This document shows positions 51,751 through 64,000 of a DNA stretch of 64,000 bases, piece after piece (the first letter of the stretch is position 1; every line of letters starts with the position of its first letter). The stretch spans positions 154,318,001 to 154,382,000 of the forward strand of contig OX597815.1 of the NCBI GenBank assembly GCA_951406725.2, in the 5' to 3' direction. Below the pieces are notes generated by a model. The model did not search any database, had not been told where the DNA came from, and saw only the letters and a list, made by a program, of their open reading frames with translations. Source of the DNA: Octopus vulgaris (lineage: Eukaryota). The translations under genes and the position numbers were made by a program.

Positions 51751-53379
51751 TACATACGTACATACATACATACATACACACACATATACATACATACATA
51801 TATACATACATACGTACATACATACATTGATACAGATACACACAAACATACGTATATAGGTGAATATACATATGAGTATTAATATTTCTATTCATAATTC
51901 CTGTATCATAATGATGCACGTTGAAGTTTTTTGTTTTATACATATATATGTGTGTGTGCTTATGTGGGTATGTGTGTATATGCATGTGTGTGAGTCAAAA
52001 ATGCACATGCTGTCTTTGTTTTTCCATAGCAAACTTCTCTAAGCATTTAAAATTTTTTTATCACTCTCTCTTTGTGTGTGCGTGCGTCTGTCTGTCTGCC
52101 TATCTGGGTGTATGTATATGTGCGCGCACATATGTTTCAGTGTGGCTGTGCGTTTGTGTGTGTATTATTTTTAGGAGGGTGACTGTCTTCAGTTCACTGG
52201 AACAACATCTGAATATATTACGAATAATCGAAATATGTAGATGCCCTGAAAGGTGAATTGTGCTAACAACTCCACATCGCCATTATGTATGCCTCAGCAC
52301 CTGCCTATTGTTGTGCAACGACAATCAAAATATAGGTCTCACATTTATACTTATATAACCTATCATGTTTATTTTAATGTCATGAAATGTCGACCTCAGT
52401 CTAGCATTCATGATCAAGTAAGAATTTACAACCGAGCTGAAACAAACTTCGAATACCCATTGGTTAGGTTTGACCTTGTACGAGAGTAGTAGGGCAGTCA
52501 TATTCGTTGACTGGGACCCTATGTGGATATTTTGTATGTTTTAACGTACTGGTAAAAGTTCATGGTCCAGTGGTTAGTGGGGTTAATAATATTTTCATTT
52601 CTGAATATTTTTTGATTTCGGAAAAATGTAGGAATAGTTGCTAATTCTAAACTTGAATAAAAGAAGCCATGACAATGAAAAACAAGTGTTTGTATTTGTA
52701 TGTGTTTTGTTTTGTGTGTAGGTTTGTGTTACTTGGTGTGTGTGTGTGAGTTTTCGTGTATGCGTGTAAATGTATTGGTCAGTGTGTATATGTATGTAGT
52801 CTTGGATTACTTCATTTGTACAGCGAGTAACGAAATATGAGTGTAAATATATGGTTAACAAAAACAATAAAACAAATGAATTGAGTGCGATGAATGGGCG
52901 CGGAGGAAGACAAGGAAATTATCGCGCTGTACTTGAAGGAAGATACACAGACAACACTTGTAAATCAGACAATGTATGAAAAAGAATAAGAAGAGACAAA
53001 CAGACCAAAATAAACTGCCAGAAAGTGAAAAGATTATATAACAAAGAAACTGTAGGAAATAGTTATGAATAAGTAAAGGAAACTAATAGGAGAACCTATA
53101 AAATATTTAGTGAAGCTCAGTTAGTAAACTTTTCGAAAACATAACGTTTAAATTAGAATAAGAATTGTTCACATGTATTCATTTTCGACTTAGATGTGAC
53201 GCACATAAGAGCCAGGGTTTGAAATAGTAAAGCATCATTCTTCAAACCAAACCATTAAATAAAATGACTTGTCTAATTTACAGCCAACGTAAACACGAAC
53301 AAATGTTTCTTCTTTGAAAACGTTCAAATGGTCTTCAACTTTTTTCTCGCTTTCTTCTTTGCCGTTCTTTGTTACTACT

Positions 53380-53830
53380 GTTCCAAATAAAATACATGGG
53401 TACTTCAGCTTAAATTAATGTTTTTGCAAAGTCATCATTGATACACGATCAAAAGAACTTTGCCAATATTGTTTTCATATGTTGTTCATTGACAGCCATA
53501 TATACATCCTCATTATTTCTGAGCAATATTCTTTGTTCATCTGGTAGATGAACTTGCAGTGTCACTATTGCAGGTGCTCTTTCATGAATTGAAAATCCTA
53601 AAATAGATGTAACTGCTTTGGATGGTCCAATAAACCTACCCATTAGATATTGACTAATTTCGTTATTATTGTTTATTTGAACAGCAGCTTACTAATTTCC
53701 TTTTAAGCATGTTAGTGATTACGTATTTAACTGACCTCACTAAGGCAACGATTTCAACGTTGTAGTGGCATTTAAATGCTCTTAATATAGTTTCATCATA
53801 TGGTAGTGCTCGGCAGCTTTTTCATTTGCA
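53380..53830 (-). pseudogene. Helitron Rep (HUH) domain fragment
   Basis: LRAFKCHYNVEIVALVRSVKYVIT followed by EISQYLMGRFIGPSKAVTSILGFSIHERAPAIVTLQVHLPDEQ, resembling Helitron HINVE...KY..KY and downstream motifs. Confidence 0.8.
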
Positions 53831-54399
53831 GTACATTTGTATTCTTTTCAAAAAATCGGCGGAACACTTGAACTAAAAATATAACTAAAAAGTATAGGGT
53901 AAAAATAATGTTCAGATTACACTGTGGCACACCTAGCATCTTCTCGTGGAATACCAATGCGCCGGAGCACTATTATAAGGTACAGGCCATTTGTTGTTAA
54001 TTATTTTTCCATTCGTATGAGATTCAGCACCTAACATTGTAACTGATATTCGTCTACAATGTTTTCCTGCTGTTTGATTAAGGTTATAACCTTATTCAAA
54101 CAGCAGGAAACATTGTAGACGAATATTTTATTTTTAAAAAGAGTAATTTTCCCAAAAATAATAAGTACCCGTGAATCAAAAAATATAAGGACTTCGATAG
54201 TTGTATCAATGTTCAAAGGAAAACAAAAGAAAGTAAGGAGAAAGTAAAGATAAAAAACGGCCGGCGGTAGCTACGGCGACACTAGTAAGAGTCGACATTT
54301 TCGATTTCATTTTTTTGTTATTAAAGGGAGAAATGACTATTTTATTTGTAATATTTATCTTAATCAAATGGCAGGAAAATCAGGTTTGAGTTTTAGTAT

Positions 54400-54560
54400 T
54401 ATTTTTTCTCTCCTTGTTTTTTTCTGTGTCCCTTTCTGTAGAAGAGTGTAGGTTCGAAACGTAAAAGTCTCTTTCAATTCCTGAGCGTTATATTAATACA
54501 CCTGTTTGTTTTTATACACCACCTGTCTTCGTCCTTTGTTTTTTCGTGAACTTCCCCTAC
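54400..54560 (+). mobile_element. Short PLE-type terminus with HHR-like motif, ending in (TA)n
   Basis: CTTT-CTGTAGA-A-GAGT-gtag-GTTC-GAAA-CG-TA-AAAG at 54432-54467; non-canonical A6U core. Confidence 0.5.
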
Positions 54561-54607
54561 ATATATATATATATTTATATATACATATATATATATATAT
54601 TTTTATA

Positions 54608-54666
<59 letters not shown>

Positions 54667-54919
54667 ATATATATACACATGTGTGTGCGTGCGTGTGCAT
54701 TTGAAAAAAACTATTCAAAACATGAATGTGTCTGCTGAGATTATGATTGGTGACTTTAGTATCTTTTGGTATCACAGAAAGTTTACAGAAAGAGAACTGC
54801 TGTAATATGCAGTTGTGTAGGATACAAGTAGATGAAGTAGATGTATATAAAGAAACAGGTAGTAGCACTAGCTTATCTGGTCATGGTATAAAAAATTTCA
54901 ATTATCGATGACCGTTGAT

Positions 54920-55800
54920 ATATAACGTATTCCCTGTGGATCTTCAACTCTTCTTAAGGTCAATTAAATGCATTATAAGTGACTGATGCAAACATCCAAA
55001 TGTGAATGATTACATTTATAAATCAAAATATCAAAGAAAGTTGAAGATTTTAGAGTAGTTTCAACACGTCATTAATTAAATTCCTAACTTGAACATCAAA
55101 ATCATTACTGGAACTAAACTGTTATACAAGACAATTTGTAACAGCATTAGAAACTAAATACAATGTAAAAAAGCAGGATGTTATTTTGAGCTTTAGAAAT
55201 CTTGGATATTTGAAGTATCTTTCACGCCCACAAACATTGAAGACACCACAGAGACTTGCAAAGAAGGAAATTAGTTCAATTTATATCAGGGAAAAGTAGA
55301 AATCTGCAAAGAATTGAGATTCTATGGTAGAACTGACGTACGAATTACTATCTCATGAACTTGGAAAATAAACCACCCAAATCTTATAAGAAATACAAAA
55401 TAAATTATACAACTAGTATGTGCAATGAGATACAAATCTTAGAAACTTATTGAACTTACTGAGAGGTCTAGAAAGAGACCGGGTATTAATATTTTGTAAA
55501 GATCAATGGAAATTGCTAAGAACATATTAAAGTACTCAAAAGAACTGCTGGCGTTGGGATAAAACAATAGAAGCAACTAAAGAATGAATGATAGCAACAA
55601 TTTCCCTGAAAAATTGACAGCAAAAACGAAGTCGACCAAAATTAATTGGTTGAATTATAGAACATAAGGCAGGAAACAACGGACTGAAATACGTCGAGTA
55701 CAAAGATAATCTAGTGAGCAAACAAATTTATGAGCATTACATTCCTATTCGAGAGATAAAATAATTATCCAAATGATGAACACTGTCCAAGAAGAGTTGG
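54920..55800 (+). pseudogene. Very decayed LINE RT remnant (tentative)
   Basis: Ordered traces resembling SPxLFN, xxDD, LNI and FRxLG motifs; many stops. Confidence 0.3.
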
Positions 55801-56048
55801 GGGAGCAACCACGAAATTTAAATTAAATTAGTTCACAATAAAGTGTAAGGATACTACGAAAAATGGGACTAATCTTTCGCAATAGAATGTGATAAAATTC
55901 TATATTGTCCGATCTCCTCGGTAAATTAATGACTAATCATGTCATAAAATACCATAAATTAGCAAAACTAATTGCTTACCCGTATCACAATTAAGTAGAT
56001 CAGGTCAGGTGCTGAATTCACCATTTGTCGGTATATGTCTGTGTCTAA

Positions 56049-56285
56049 GGCGGCGAGCTGGCAGAATCGTTAGCACGCTGGGCGAAATGCTTAGCAGTAT
56101 TTCGTCTGCCGCTACGTTCTGAGTTTAAATTCCGCCGAGGTAGACTTTGCCTTTCAGCCATTCGGGGTCGATTAAATAAGTACCAGTTACGCACCGGGGT
56201 CGATATAATCTACTTAATCCGTTTGTCTGTCCTTGTTTGTCCTCTTTATGTTTAAACCCTTGTGGGTAGTAAAGAAATAGGTATA
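56049..56285 (+). mobile_element. Nin/Deu-domain tRNA-SINE, best-preserved copy
   Basis: GGCGGCGAGCTGGCAGAATCGTTAG head, GAGTTTAAATTCC B box, GACTTTGCCTTTCAGCCATTCGGGGTCGATTAAATAAGTACCAG domain. Confidence 0.8.
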
Positions 56286-57307
56286 TTCCCGAGTCCTCCG
56301 GGTGATCCGTGAAACAAAGGCCCAGTCAGTCCCCATCTTCATCTGTTATGACCTTGTGGCATGTAGTCGCACAACACGAGCCGTCATCCCACCCGGATAC
56401 TAGGTGAAGAGAACACGGTAAGCAGGTTATAATTCGGAAAATCGAGCAAAATGTACAGAAAGTCAGAGCTACCGCTCAGGAATCATACAGGTGACAAGAC
56501 GCATCCAGTCTCGGAGTAGAGTCGTTTGTTGGATACGAGACCGACCATTGGTAGCCTATAATCCTGCGAAGCGTCCTGTTAGCAAAGGCATTCTGGTGTT
56601 TTTAAGCGACCAAGTCACACAACTATAGAGCAGTAACTGGAAGACCAGAGACGTAAAGACCCGAAACTTTGTCCTCCTGCACGGATATCGGCAGCGCGCC
56701 AAATTCCCTTGTCCAATGAAACCACAACTGCAGCAGCTGGTCGGAGTAACTTTAGAAGTTAGGGCTGGCAGGTACTGCCGCTATGAATCTCCCTGATGAT
56801 TAAGTAGGGAAGACTTACAATGTTGTTAAACAAGATAAGAAAAGGCTTTATTTCATTCGCCGCAATCCCAAAGATACAAAATAAGATTCTAGTATTCTTA
56901 TCAATAAAGAAAAAAGGGGAAGAAAGGTAAACATATACTTATGACAATTGTTTCGAACTTTGGTACAAGGCCAGCGATTTCGGGGAAGTGGGTAAGTGGC
57001 TTACATTGAGTTCAGTGCTCAGTTAGTATTTATTTCATTGACTCCAATTCCACCAGCTCACTGCCACGTGACATATAAAATACAAAATGGGCAGAACAGC
57101 TTCCTCTACATATTTTATTTTGAACAGAATATTGACGTAATCTAGTTCAAATTAGTAGTTAATCTAGAAGTTACGCTATTACTGAATATGGAGGAGTCAC
57201 AAATATTACTGATGAGTGTGCCTAACGGCAGCTTACAATGTGGAGGCGACATGGTTAGCAAAATTAACTAAAACTAATAACTACAAAGTACAACTACTGT
57301 TGAACGT

Positions 57308-57672
57308 GGCGGCGCAATGGCCCAGTGGTTAGGGCAGCGGACTCTCGGTCATAGGATCGCGGTTTCGATTACCAGACCGGGCGTTGTGAGTGTTTATTGA
57401 GCGAAAACACCTAAAAGCTCCACGAGCCCCCGGCAGGGGATGGTGGTGATCCCTGCTGTACTCTTTCACCACAACTTTCTCTCACTCTTACTTCCTGTTT
57501 CTGTTGTACCTGTATTTCAAAGGGCCGGCCTTGTCACTCTCTGTGTCTCGCTGAATATCCCGAGAACTACGTTAAGGGTACACGTATCTATGGAGTGCTC
57601 AGCCACTTACACGTTAATTTCACGAGCAGGCTGTTCCGTTGATTCGGATCAACCGGAATCCTCGTCGTCGTT
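57308..57672 (+). mobile_element. tRNA-derived SINE of a further family
   Basis: GGCGCAATGGCCCAGTGGTTAGGGCAGCGGACTCTCGGTC...GGTTTCGATTACC tRNA-like head followed by a non-tRNA body. Confidence 0.8.
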
Positions 57673-57823
57673 GAACATAGATAATATTCTCTACTTCATA
57701 TTAATAAATATATCTATACATATTTTCTGTTGAGAGATAATAAAATAAATTTTGTATAAGTTGTTTGTTACACACACACACGTACACACAACCAGACACA
57801 CACATACATAGATAGATATATAC

Positions 57824-59349
57824 TTGATGGCCGTCCATTGCACTCTATGAATAACTTATATTTTGAATTTGCGGGTTCTTTGGTGGCTAACGAGCCTTGC
57901 TCTGGACAAGCATACACGACTGCAATCATTGCAAACCAAGCTTTTCCTATTCGCAACACCAGCAGTGCGCTTTCGGGCAGCACGTTTAAGTTTTTCATGC
58001 AGAATACGAGCTCTCTCAAAGGTGCTTAACCTTCTTCCTCCATCTTTGGCGATGACAGGCATTGGTCTCCTAGTCAGTCTCCTGCATATTATAGGCCTTT
58101 AATAAGGACTTGATACAGTCCTTAAATTGCAGCCTTGGTTTCTGCTGGGGTCTCTTTCCACCAACAAGCTCCCCATATCGCATCTGTTTAGGGATCCTGC
58201 TATCATTCATTCTCATAAGGTGTCTAGTTCAACGTAACCGGTGTTGTCCGCCATCGCTTCAATATTAAAGATATCAGCTGTTCTCAGGACCTGTGAGTTG
58301 GAGTTTTTTTTAAATCTAGCCAACATTCAGAATGTTTCTGAGACATCTCCGAGGATAGCGTTCAAGGACGCTTACATGACGTTTGTAAAGGGTCCGTATC
58401 TCACATAAGTAAAGGAGCGATGTCAGTACACAAGCACGGTACGCAATAATTTTTGTTTACTTTGTGATGCCATGCTGGAAGAAGACATGAGACTATAGAG
58501 ACCGGAAGGAATCAGTTGCTCTCTGCAGCCTGAATGATATTTCATCCTCCAGAGAGCAAGACCGGCTCACTGTGCAGCCCAGGTTGACAAAATTGTCTAC
58601 TATTTTCAGAATTGTTCCTTCAACCAAGACAGCTCGTTCCAGATATGGATTTCCTGGTGCATGCTGGAACATTACTGCAGTCTTGTCCAGGCTAATGCTG
58701 AGTCCAAATGCCTTGCAAGAAGCAGAAATACGATTCATAACTATTTGCTTGTCATCCTCTGTATGAGTGATTAAGTCACAGTCATCTCCATAAAGGAGGT
58801 CACGAATAAGAGATTTGAAAACTTTTGAATTGACAGCAGATCGGCACAATTTTAAGAGGCGGCTAGAAAATTGATATCTGACGTATATTCCCCGAGAGCT
58901 AACCTTAGCAAAATTATGAGGAAAAGCAGTAGTAAAGTATAAAGTAAAGAGAGTTGGGGCAAGGATATCACCCTACTTGACACCATTATCTACCGGAAAG
59001 TTCCCACCATGCCACCACCAACATTGACCCAAACCTCCATCGTATCGTGAAATGATTCAATTATAAATACAAAGTGATCCGGACATCCAAGTTTGCCAAG
59101 TATTTTCCAATGCAAGGCCCTATTCACAGTATTAAAGTCTTCGTTAAATCAATGAATACCTAGACAAGATCCATATTCTGCTCACAGCACTTCTCCATCT
59201 GTCTTTCTGTGAAAATCATATCCATTGTCCCTCTACCAGATCGGAAGCCAAATTGAGATTCAAATAGGACATCATTTCCGAGACACCCATTCAGACGGGA
59301 AAGAACAATATTTGCAAGAACCTTGCCAGCAGATGAGAGTAGAGCAATG
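57824..59349 (-). pseudogene. RTE-clade LINE, 5'-truncated and frameshifted
   Basis: IALLSSAGKVLA, ESQFGFRSGRGTMDMIF, IRDLLYGDDCDL, FGLSISLDKT, C-terminal CNDCSRVC...LVSHQR zinc finger, microsatellite tail. Confidence 0.9.
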
Positions 59350-61022
59350 GGTACGAGAATGGCCCCCTTTTCTAACCTAGTCATGGGATATCTAGAAATC
59401 AGATACTAGAAAAATACAGCAACCCATTCTCCCCCTACATAGAAAATAACTGGAAGAGGTATCTGGATGACTGTTTCATTCTTTGGCATGAAAGTATACA
59501 GAGACTTAAAGAATGTCAAGCACATATAAATGAACTTCACGTAAACGTTTAATTCACGCTGGAATATAGCCATCAGCAACGTCCTTTCCTCGACTTCCTC
59601 ATAAAGAAATCTAACAACAAAATAGAAACAGATATATAATATAAGACCGCGGACTAAGCATTATCTACCATTCAAGTCATGCCACCCCAGACACACTAGA
59701 ATGAATATTCCTTTCAACCTAGCAAAAAGGATCTGTACTATAGCTTCTAATACAAGCACAAGGGACACACAACTACATGAACTAAAGGATGCACTCATCA
59801 CCAGGAGCTACCCACCATCATTAATTGATATATGCTTTCAACTTGCCCTCCGACTCAACATCCACGAACTCGGGCATCCCAAATTAAAAAAGGATTCACA
59901 GCCAAAAGCTCTACTATACATCTCCACACACAACCCTCTTAACAATGAAGCCTTCGACACCATCTTCGAAAACAATCCCCTGCTAAAAAGGGAGGGACCA
60001 CAGAATGAACGCACACCATCATAAAGATCAAAAGACAGCCAAAATCTATAAAAGTCTCCTATCACAAGCCTGAATACACGCGACAACAACACTGAAGCTG
60101 TGAGTAAAAAAATACGGAAGACCTAACTGTAGTATATGCGTCAATCTAATTGATGGATAAGAGTTCTCTTTCAAACAGGGTCAACGTTTTACAGTGAAAA
60201 ACACCTTCACGTGTGCTTCGAAGAACCTGATATACGTATTAACTTGTTCTGCGTGTCGAGAGCAATACATAGGCCAAACCGAAAACAGTCTATGTCAAAG
60301 GATGTCTCTGCGTAGACCTCAGATCAAAATTCGGAAATACAGAAAAATAGCATTCAGCGAACACATCGATATTTGCACCAATAACAACCAACCGAGCATC
60401 AGGATTTTCCCCCTCTATCAACATGCAGTCATCGCATTAGTAAAGAGTCAATATAAACCCCTTTTGAATGTGTCCACCACAAATGACACTATTACAAGGG
60501 CCTTAGAACAATACACACGCAAATATTAAAAACGATATATTCAGAAGAGTGACTACTCATGAATTTATTAAGAACAATTCCAATCACCACTATGACAAAC
60601 GTAACGGGACACTTTTAAGTCACTTGACCATTTAAGAGGAATTCCACCAACATCCTGCTATTGTCATACCATTCCTGCATTCGTCTTCTTCCTCTTCTTG
60701 TTGTTCTTCTTCTCCTTACTCAACCACTACTGCTGCATAAACAGTCAAAAACAAGAATTCATATCAAACTATTACTATCGGCTGCCTATTACCTAGGACT
60801 CACATGAGTAAAAAAGGTAGACAGAGACGGACAGAAAAAAGGAAAGTGTCCCTTACATTTGAAAATTATAGGAATCCTATGAAAAAACATTTAATTTAAC
60901 TTTTCCAAAATTTGATTGTTTTCCATGCTTTAAAAAAGTCTGAAACCGGTACTAAAATGTTCTTCATGATAAAGTTATTTTAGCATTTCCTACCTTGTCT
61001 TATTTTCCTTATACGTATCAAC

Positions 61023-61026
<4 letters not shown>
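59344..61026 (+). mobile_element. Penelope-like element, 5'-truncated and decayed (RT plus GIY-YIG plus terminus)
   Basis: AMGTRMAP, WKRYLDDCFILW, PFLDF, NIPFNLAKRICTI, FTCASKNLIYVLTCSACREQYIGQT; HHR remnant GAAA-CCGG-TA at 60942-60951; ends in (TA)n. Confidence 0.9.
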
Positions 61027-61082
<56 letters not shown>

Positions 61083-61084
61083 TA

Positions 61085-63075
61085 AATAACTGTGTTAGGA
61101 GTGCTTCTGCCATCGGCCTATGGCGTAACGCCAGCAATGTCATAACATGGTTTAAAACCTATATTGAAATGGGAAGAGGAAGGTTTATCCAATTCGATAT
61201 AGTGGACTTTTACTCATCTGTATCGAGGGGCCTCCTTTGTAAGGCACTTGATTGAAGTGAGTGAGGGGGACATACACATTATCATGCACGCCAGAAGGAC
61301 TCTACTATTCAGTAAGGGGTCGGTCTGAGCCAAACAAACTGTCTCAGAATGCTCCTTCAACGTAATAATCGACGCTTTTGACATTTGTGACATTCGTCCT
61401 TGATTTACTCTAAAGAAGTTCCCTTGCAGTAGCTTTGGCCTCTACGGGGATGATGCACTGATCATATGAAGACAGGTAAATGGCCACACGCTAGATAAGC
61501 TTAGAAAGGTCCTCACCAGTACCATGAATTCTCTTGGACTTCATGTCCTGAGAGAAACCAACCTTAAAACGGTGGATTTCCTTCATGTGACCCTGGACTT
61601 CGAGTCCGATGCCTATAGACATTTTAGGAAGCCATATGAGAAGCTATCATATAGGTACCAGGATTTTTGATGTTGCCGCTCCACATTATAACGAGGCCCC
61701 GGCGCCAACCGTTTCAAGGAAAGTATTTGTTATACGGCAGACCCTAACCTCTCTTAGAGAAAACACCACCGGAAAGTGTTGTGGTTTGCACTGCCCTTTA
61801 GTTTAAATGTTAAAATTCGAGTACGTAAGATTTTCCTTAGTTTAGGAGACAAACACTTCCCTCTTGCACATAGTTCCAGTAAAATATTTAACGGGCACAC
61901 AAAAAATACCTTAGAAGGTTGGCTGAAACTTGAGAATGGGGCAGGATGTCCATATAGGGGTAACCAACAAGTTCGCTGAACGACCACTGTAATACGGAAA
62001 CCGTCATATACAAGGCTTAGGTAACAGCAATAGGACCAAATGAGAAACCAAACTTGCGAAAGTACGTGGAAGCAGCTGAATGTCCTTTCAGAACCCGTTA
62101 TACCAACCACATTTCCTTCTTCAAATCTCAGAGAGATGCAACGCCACAATTCTGACAAAGCAGGCATAGTCATTGACAGAAAGCACCACCGGGGACAGCA
62201 TAACCTGGAGGATTCTAGAGATATGTATAGCGTACTTCAGTAGCAGCAGGAAGTGCAGATTATACCTGGCTGAGAAAGAAAGCGATTTTATAGAGCTCTC
62301 AGCACTCAGACATCTACCTGAACAGGAGACATGACATTTTTAATCTTTGCTCACATGAAAGGAGGTACATCCTATCATAGCTACGTGCCCCATCGCGACT
62401 GTAATCACCACTACCTCAGCTTTGCTGTTTATAGCTGGAGATCCGACAAAGAGTTTGACCAGACCATACACAAACTCACACGCCCTAACACGCACTCACA
62501 AACTCACACGCCCTAACACGGCGGACATCCACTCAATAGACCATTTTCTACCCCACCGCGCAATATAATACCCCACACATATTGTACCCCTATACACATC
62601 GCATACATAGATAAACACCACAACAATTTAACCAAATCATAACAGAGAGAAAACACACTAACGAACAGTGATGTATATGCGGACGTTGGACCCCCTCACC
62701 CGCAAACGCTATACATATTCCAGTACACACATTCCATTTTTACAAGAGCACCAACCTTAAAGGTAAATACATTTCCCATAATCTCTTTTCCAGAAAACTC
62801 TTGCCAACTTGCAACAGCCGCTTTCAGTGCCAAGGGACATAACTCTTAACTAACACTTGCTCAGTTCGTTTAATCGTTTTTTTTATCACAGCAACCACAA
62901 ACCAGATGTATCTGTTCACGTTCAATATTAGAGAACAGTCGTCATATGACATTTCATAACTGCTATTTCTGAAGAGTATAGGGGTACATAACTGGACAGT
63001 TACCTAACATTCCGTTGAGCTCTTAGTGCGAAATCGATTGGCAAGATCGACCGTAATGGATATATAATACAGTAC
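61085..63075 (+). mobile_element. Second Penelope-like element of a different clade, decayed with deletions
   Basis: LWRNASNVITWFK, FIQFDIVDFYSSV, GLYGDDAL, VDFLHVTLD, CPYRGN...VIYKA; HHR remnant near the 3' end. Confidence 0.82.
62963..63059 (+). ncRNA. Hammerhead motif with long stem II, probably inactivated
   Basis: CTGAAGA-GTATAGGGGT...GCTCTTAGTGC-GAAA-TCGATT-ggcaa-GATCGA-CC; U16.1 replaced by C and stem I damaged. Confidence 0.65.
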
Positions 63076-64000
63076 GATTCGATTAATATATGCATATATA
63101 TATATCACCGGCATGCACTTATATTTCCTACCTCAAACTTAAATAAATTTCCAGTAGTATACGAGAGTTTCTTGCTAGTGACTATAACTTCACCACGGAT
63201 ATTTGCAAATAGAAAAAATAAAATTTATATCGAAGACGAAATATATTTATGATTGACCGAAATAATATCAAAAATATTTTAAATGTAGATTTCATGTCCA
63301 TACTGTTTACTTTGAGGATTGAGAGAGGAGTTACGTACGCGTATAACAATGAATGCTTTCCCGTTTCGTCTCAATATAGAGATATTCCAGAAATTGAATT
63401 TGCAGGATTTTGCTTCGAAAATGAGAATATAAAACATGAAAAGAATAAGAGACTATAAAATTTGGTCTACCATTTACAGATATCAAATTAAAGATATTGA
63501 TTGTACGCGTGAATAAAGCCTTGTCACATTTTCATACGAATGTTGCGGAGACAAAGCATTTTAAAAGACTGGAATAAGGAGTAAGGAATCTCGCAGCAGT
63601 GTATACGAAAAATATGTAAAAATATAGAAAGAACAGGGTTAAATTAATTTGCCTTCTCACATGCGCGCGTACTCACACACAAATGTAAGTATGCACATAT
63701 GTACACACACAATTATATAAGGAAATACATACGTGTAACACATTTAATCACATATAGAAATATATTCCTATACGTACGTGTACATTTATATATACTTACA
63801 TAGTCATATGTACATGTATGTGTGTGAGTGTATGCGTGTGTGTGAGTGTATGTGTGTGTGTGAGTGGTGTGTGTTTGTGTAAGCGAGTGCAAGTATAGGT
63901 TTTAAAATATGTTTTCGTAAAACTACGAATGTCATAACACTACGAACATCGAGTAATACACTCAGTAGAAGTGCAGAATTTAATATTTATCACACATCTT

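Noticed and set aside
56635-56815. GAAA-CTTTG-TC and CTGATGA motifs in a GC-richer segment
   Set aside because: The halves are in unrelated positions and do not assemble into a hammerhead
57308-57385. tRNA gene
   Set aside because: The tRNA-like head lacks a proper acceptor stem and continues into a SINE body; the same applies to 15696, 27760 and 46285

Overview
Eukaryotic, AT-rich, repeat-saturated DNA. The tRNA-derived SINE families and the (TA)n/(CA)n/(CATA)n density look like Octopus/coleoid cephalopod intronic or intergenic sequence; this is my recognition, not a search result. I can support no host protein-coding exon, and most ORFs in the supplied track are microsatellite translations. 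Recognisable coding content is all transposon-derived: one young, uninterrupted but 5'-truncated CR1/L2-group LINE RT ORF (22318-23817, minus), a decayed RTE LINE, about six Penelope-like element (PLE) fragments with RT and/or GIY-YIG motifs, a DD41D-like and a DD37E-like Tc1/mariner remnant, a Helitron Rep fragment with non-autonomous Helitrons, and a gag-like CCHC ORF1 element inside a probable solo LTR. The main unexplained signal is a dense set of short elements inserted in (TA)n tracts that form palindromes or fold-backs and carry hammerhead-ribozyme (HHR) motifs. These include a canonical-core type I HHR with a very long stem II (31922-32028), a lineage with a compensated U3:A8 core (22009-22048 and relatives), and an ORF-less 832-bp unit bounded by 320-bp direct repeats, each with a permuted (type II-order) HHR-like motif (18334-19485, retrozyme-like). 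All structures were paired by eye; no folding or database search was run.
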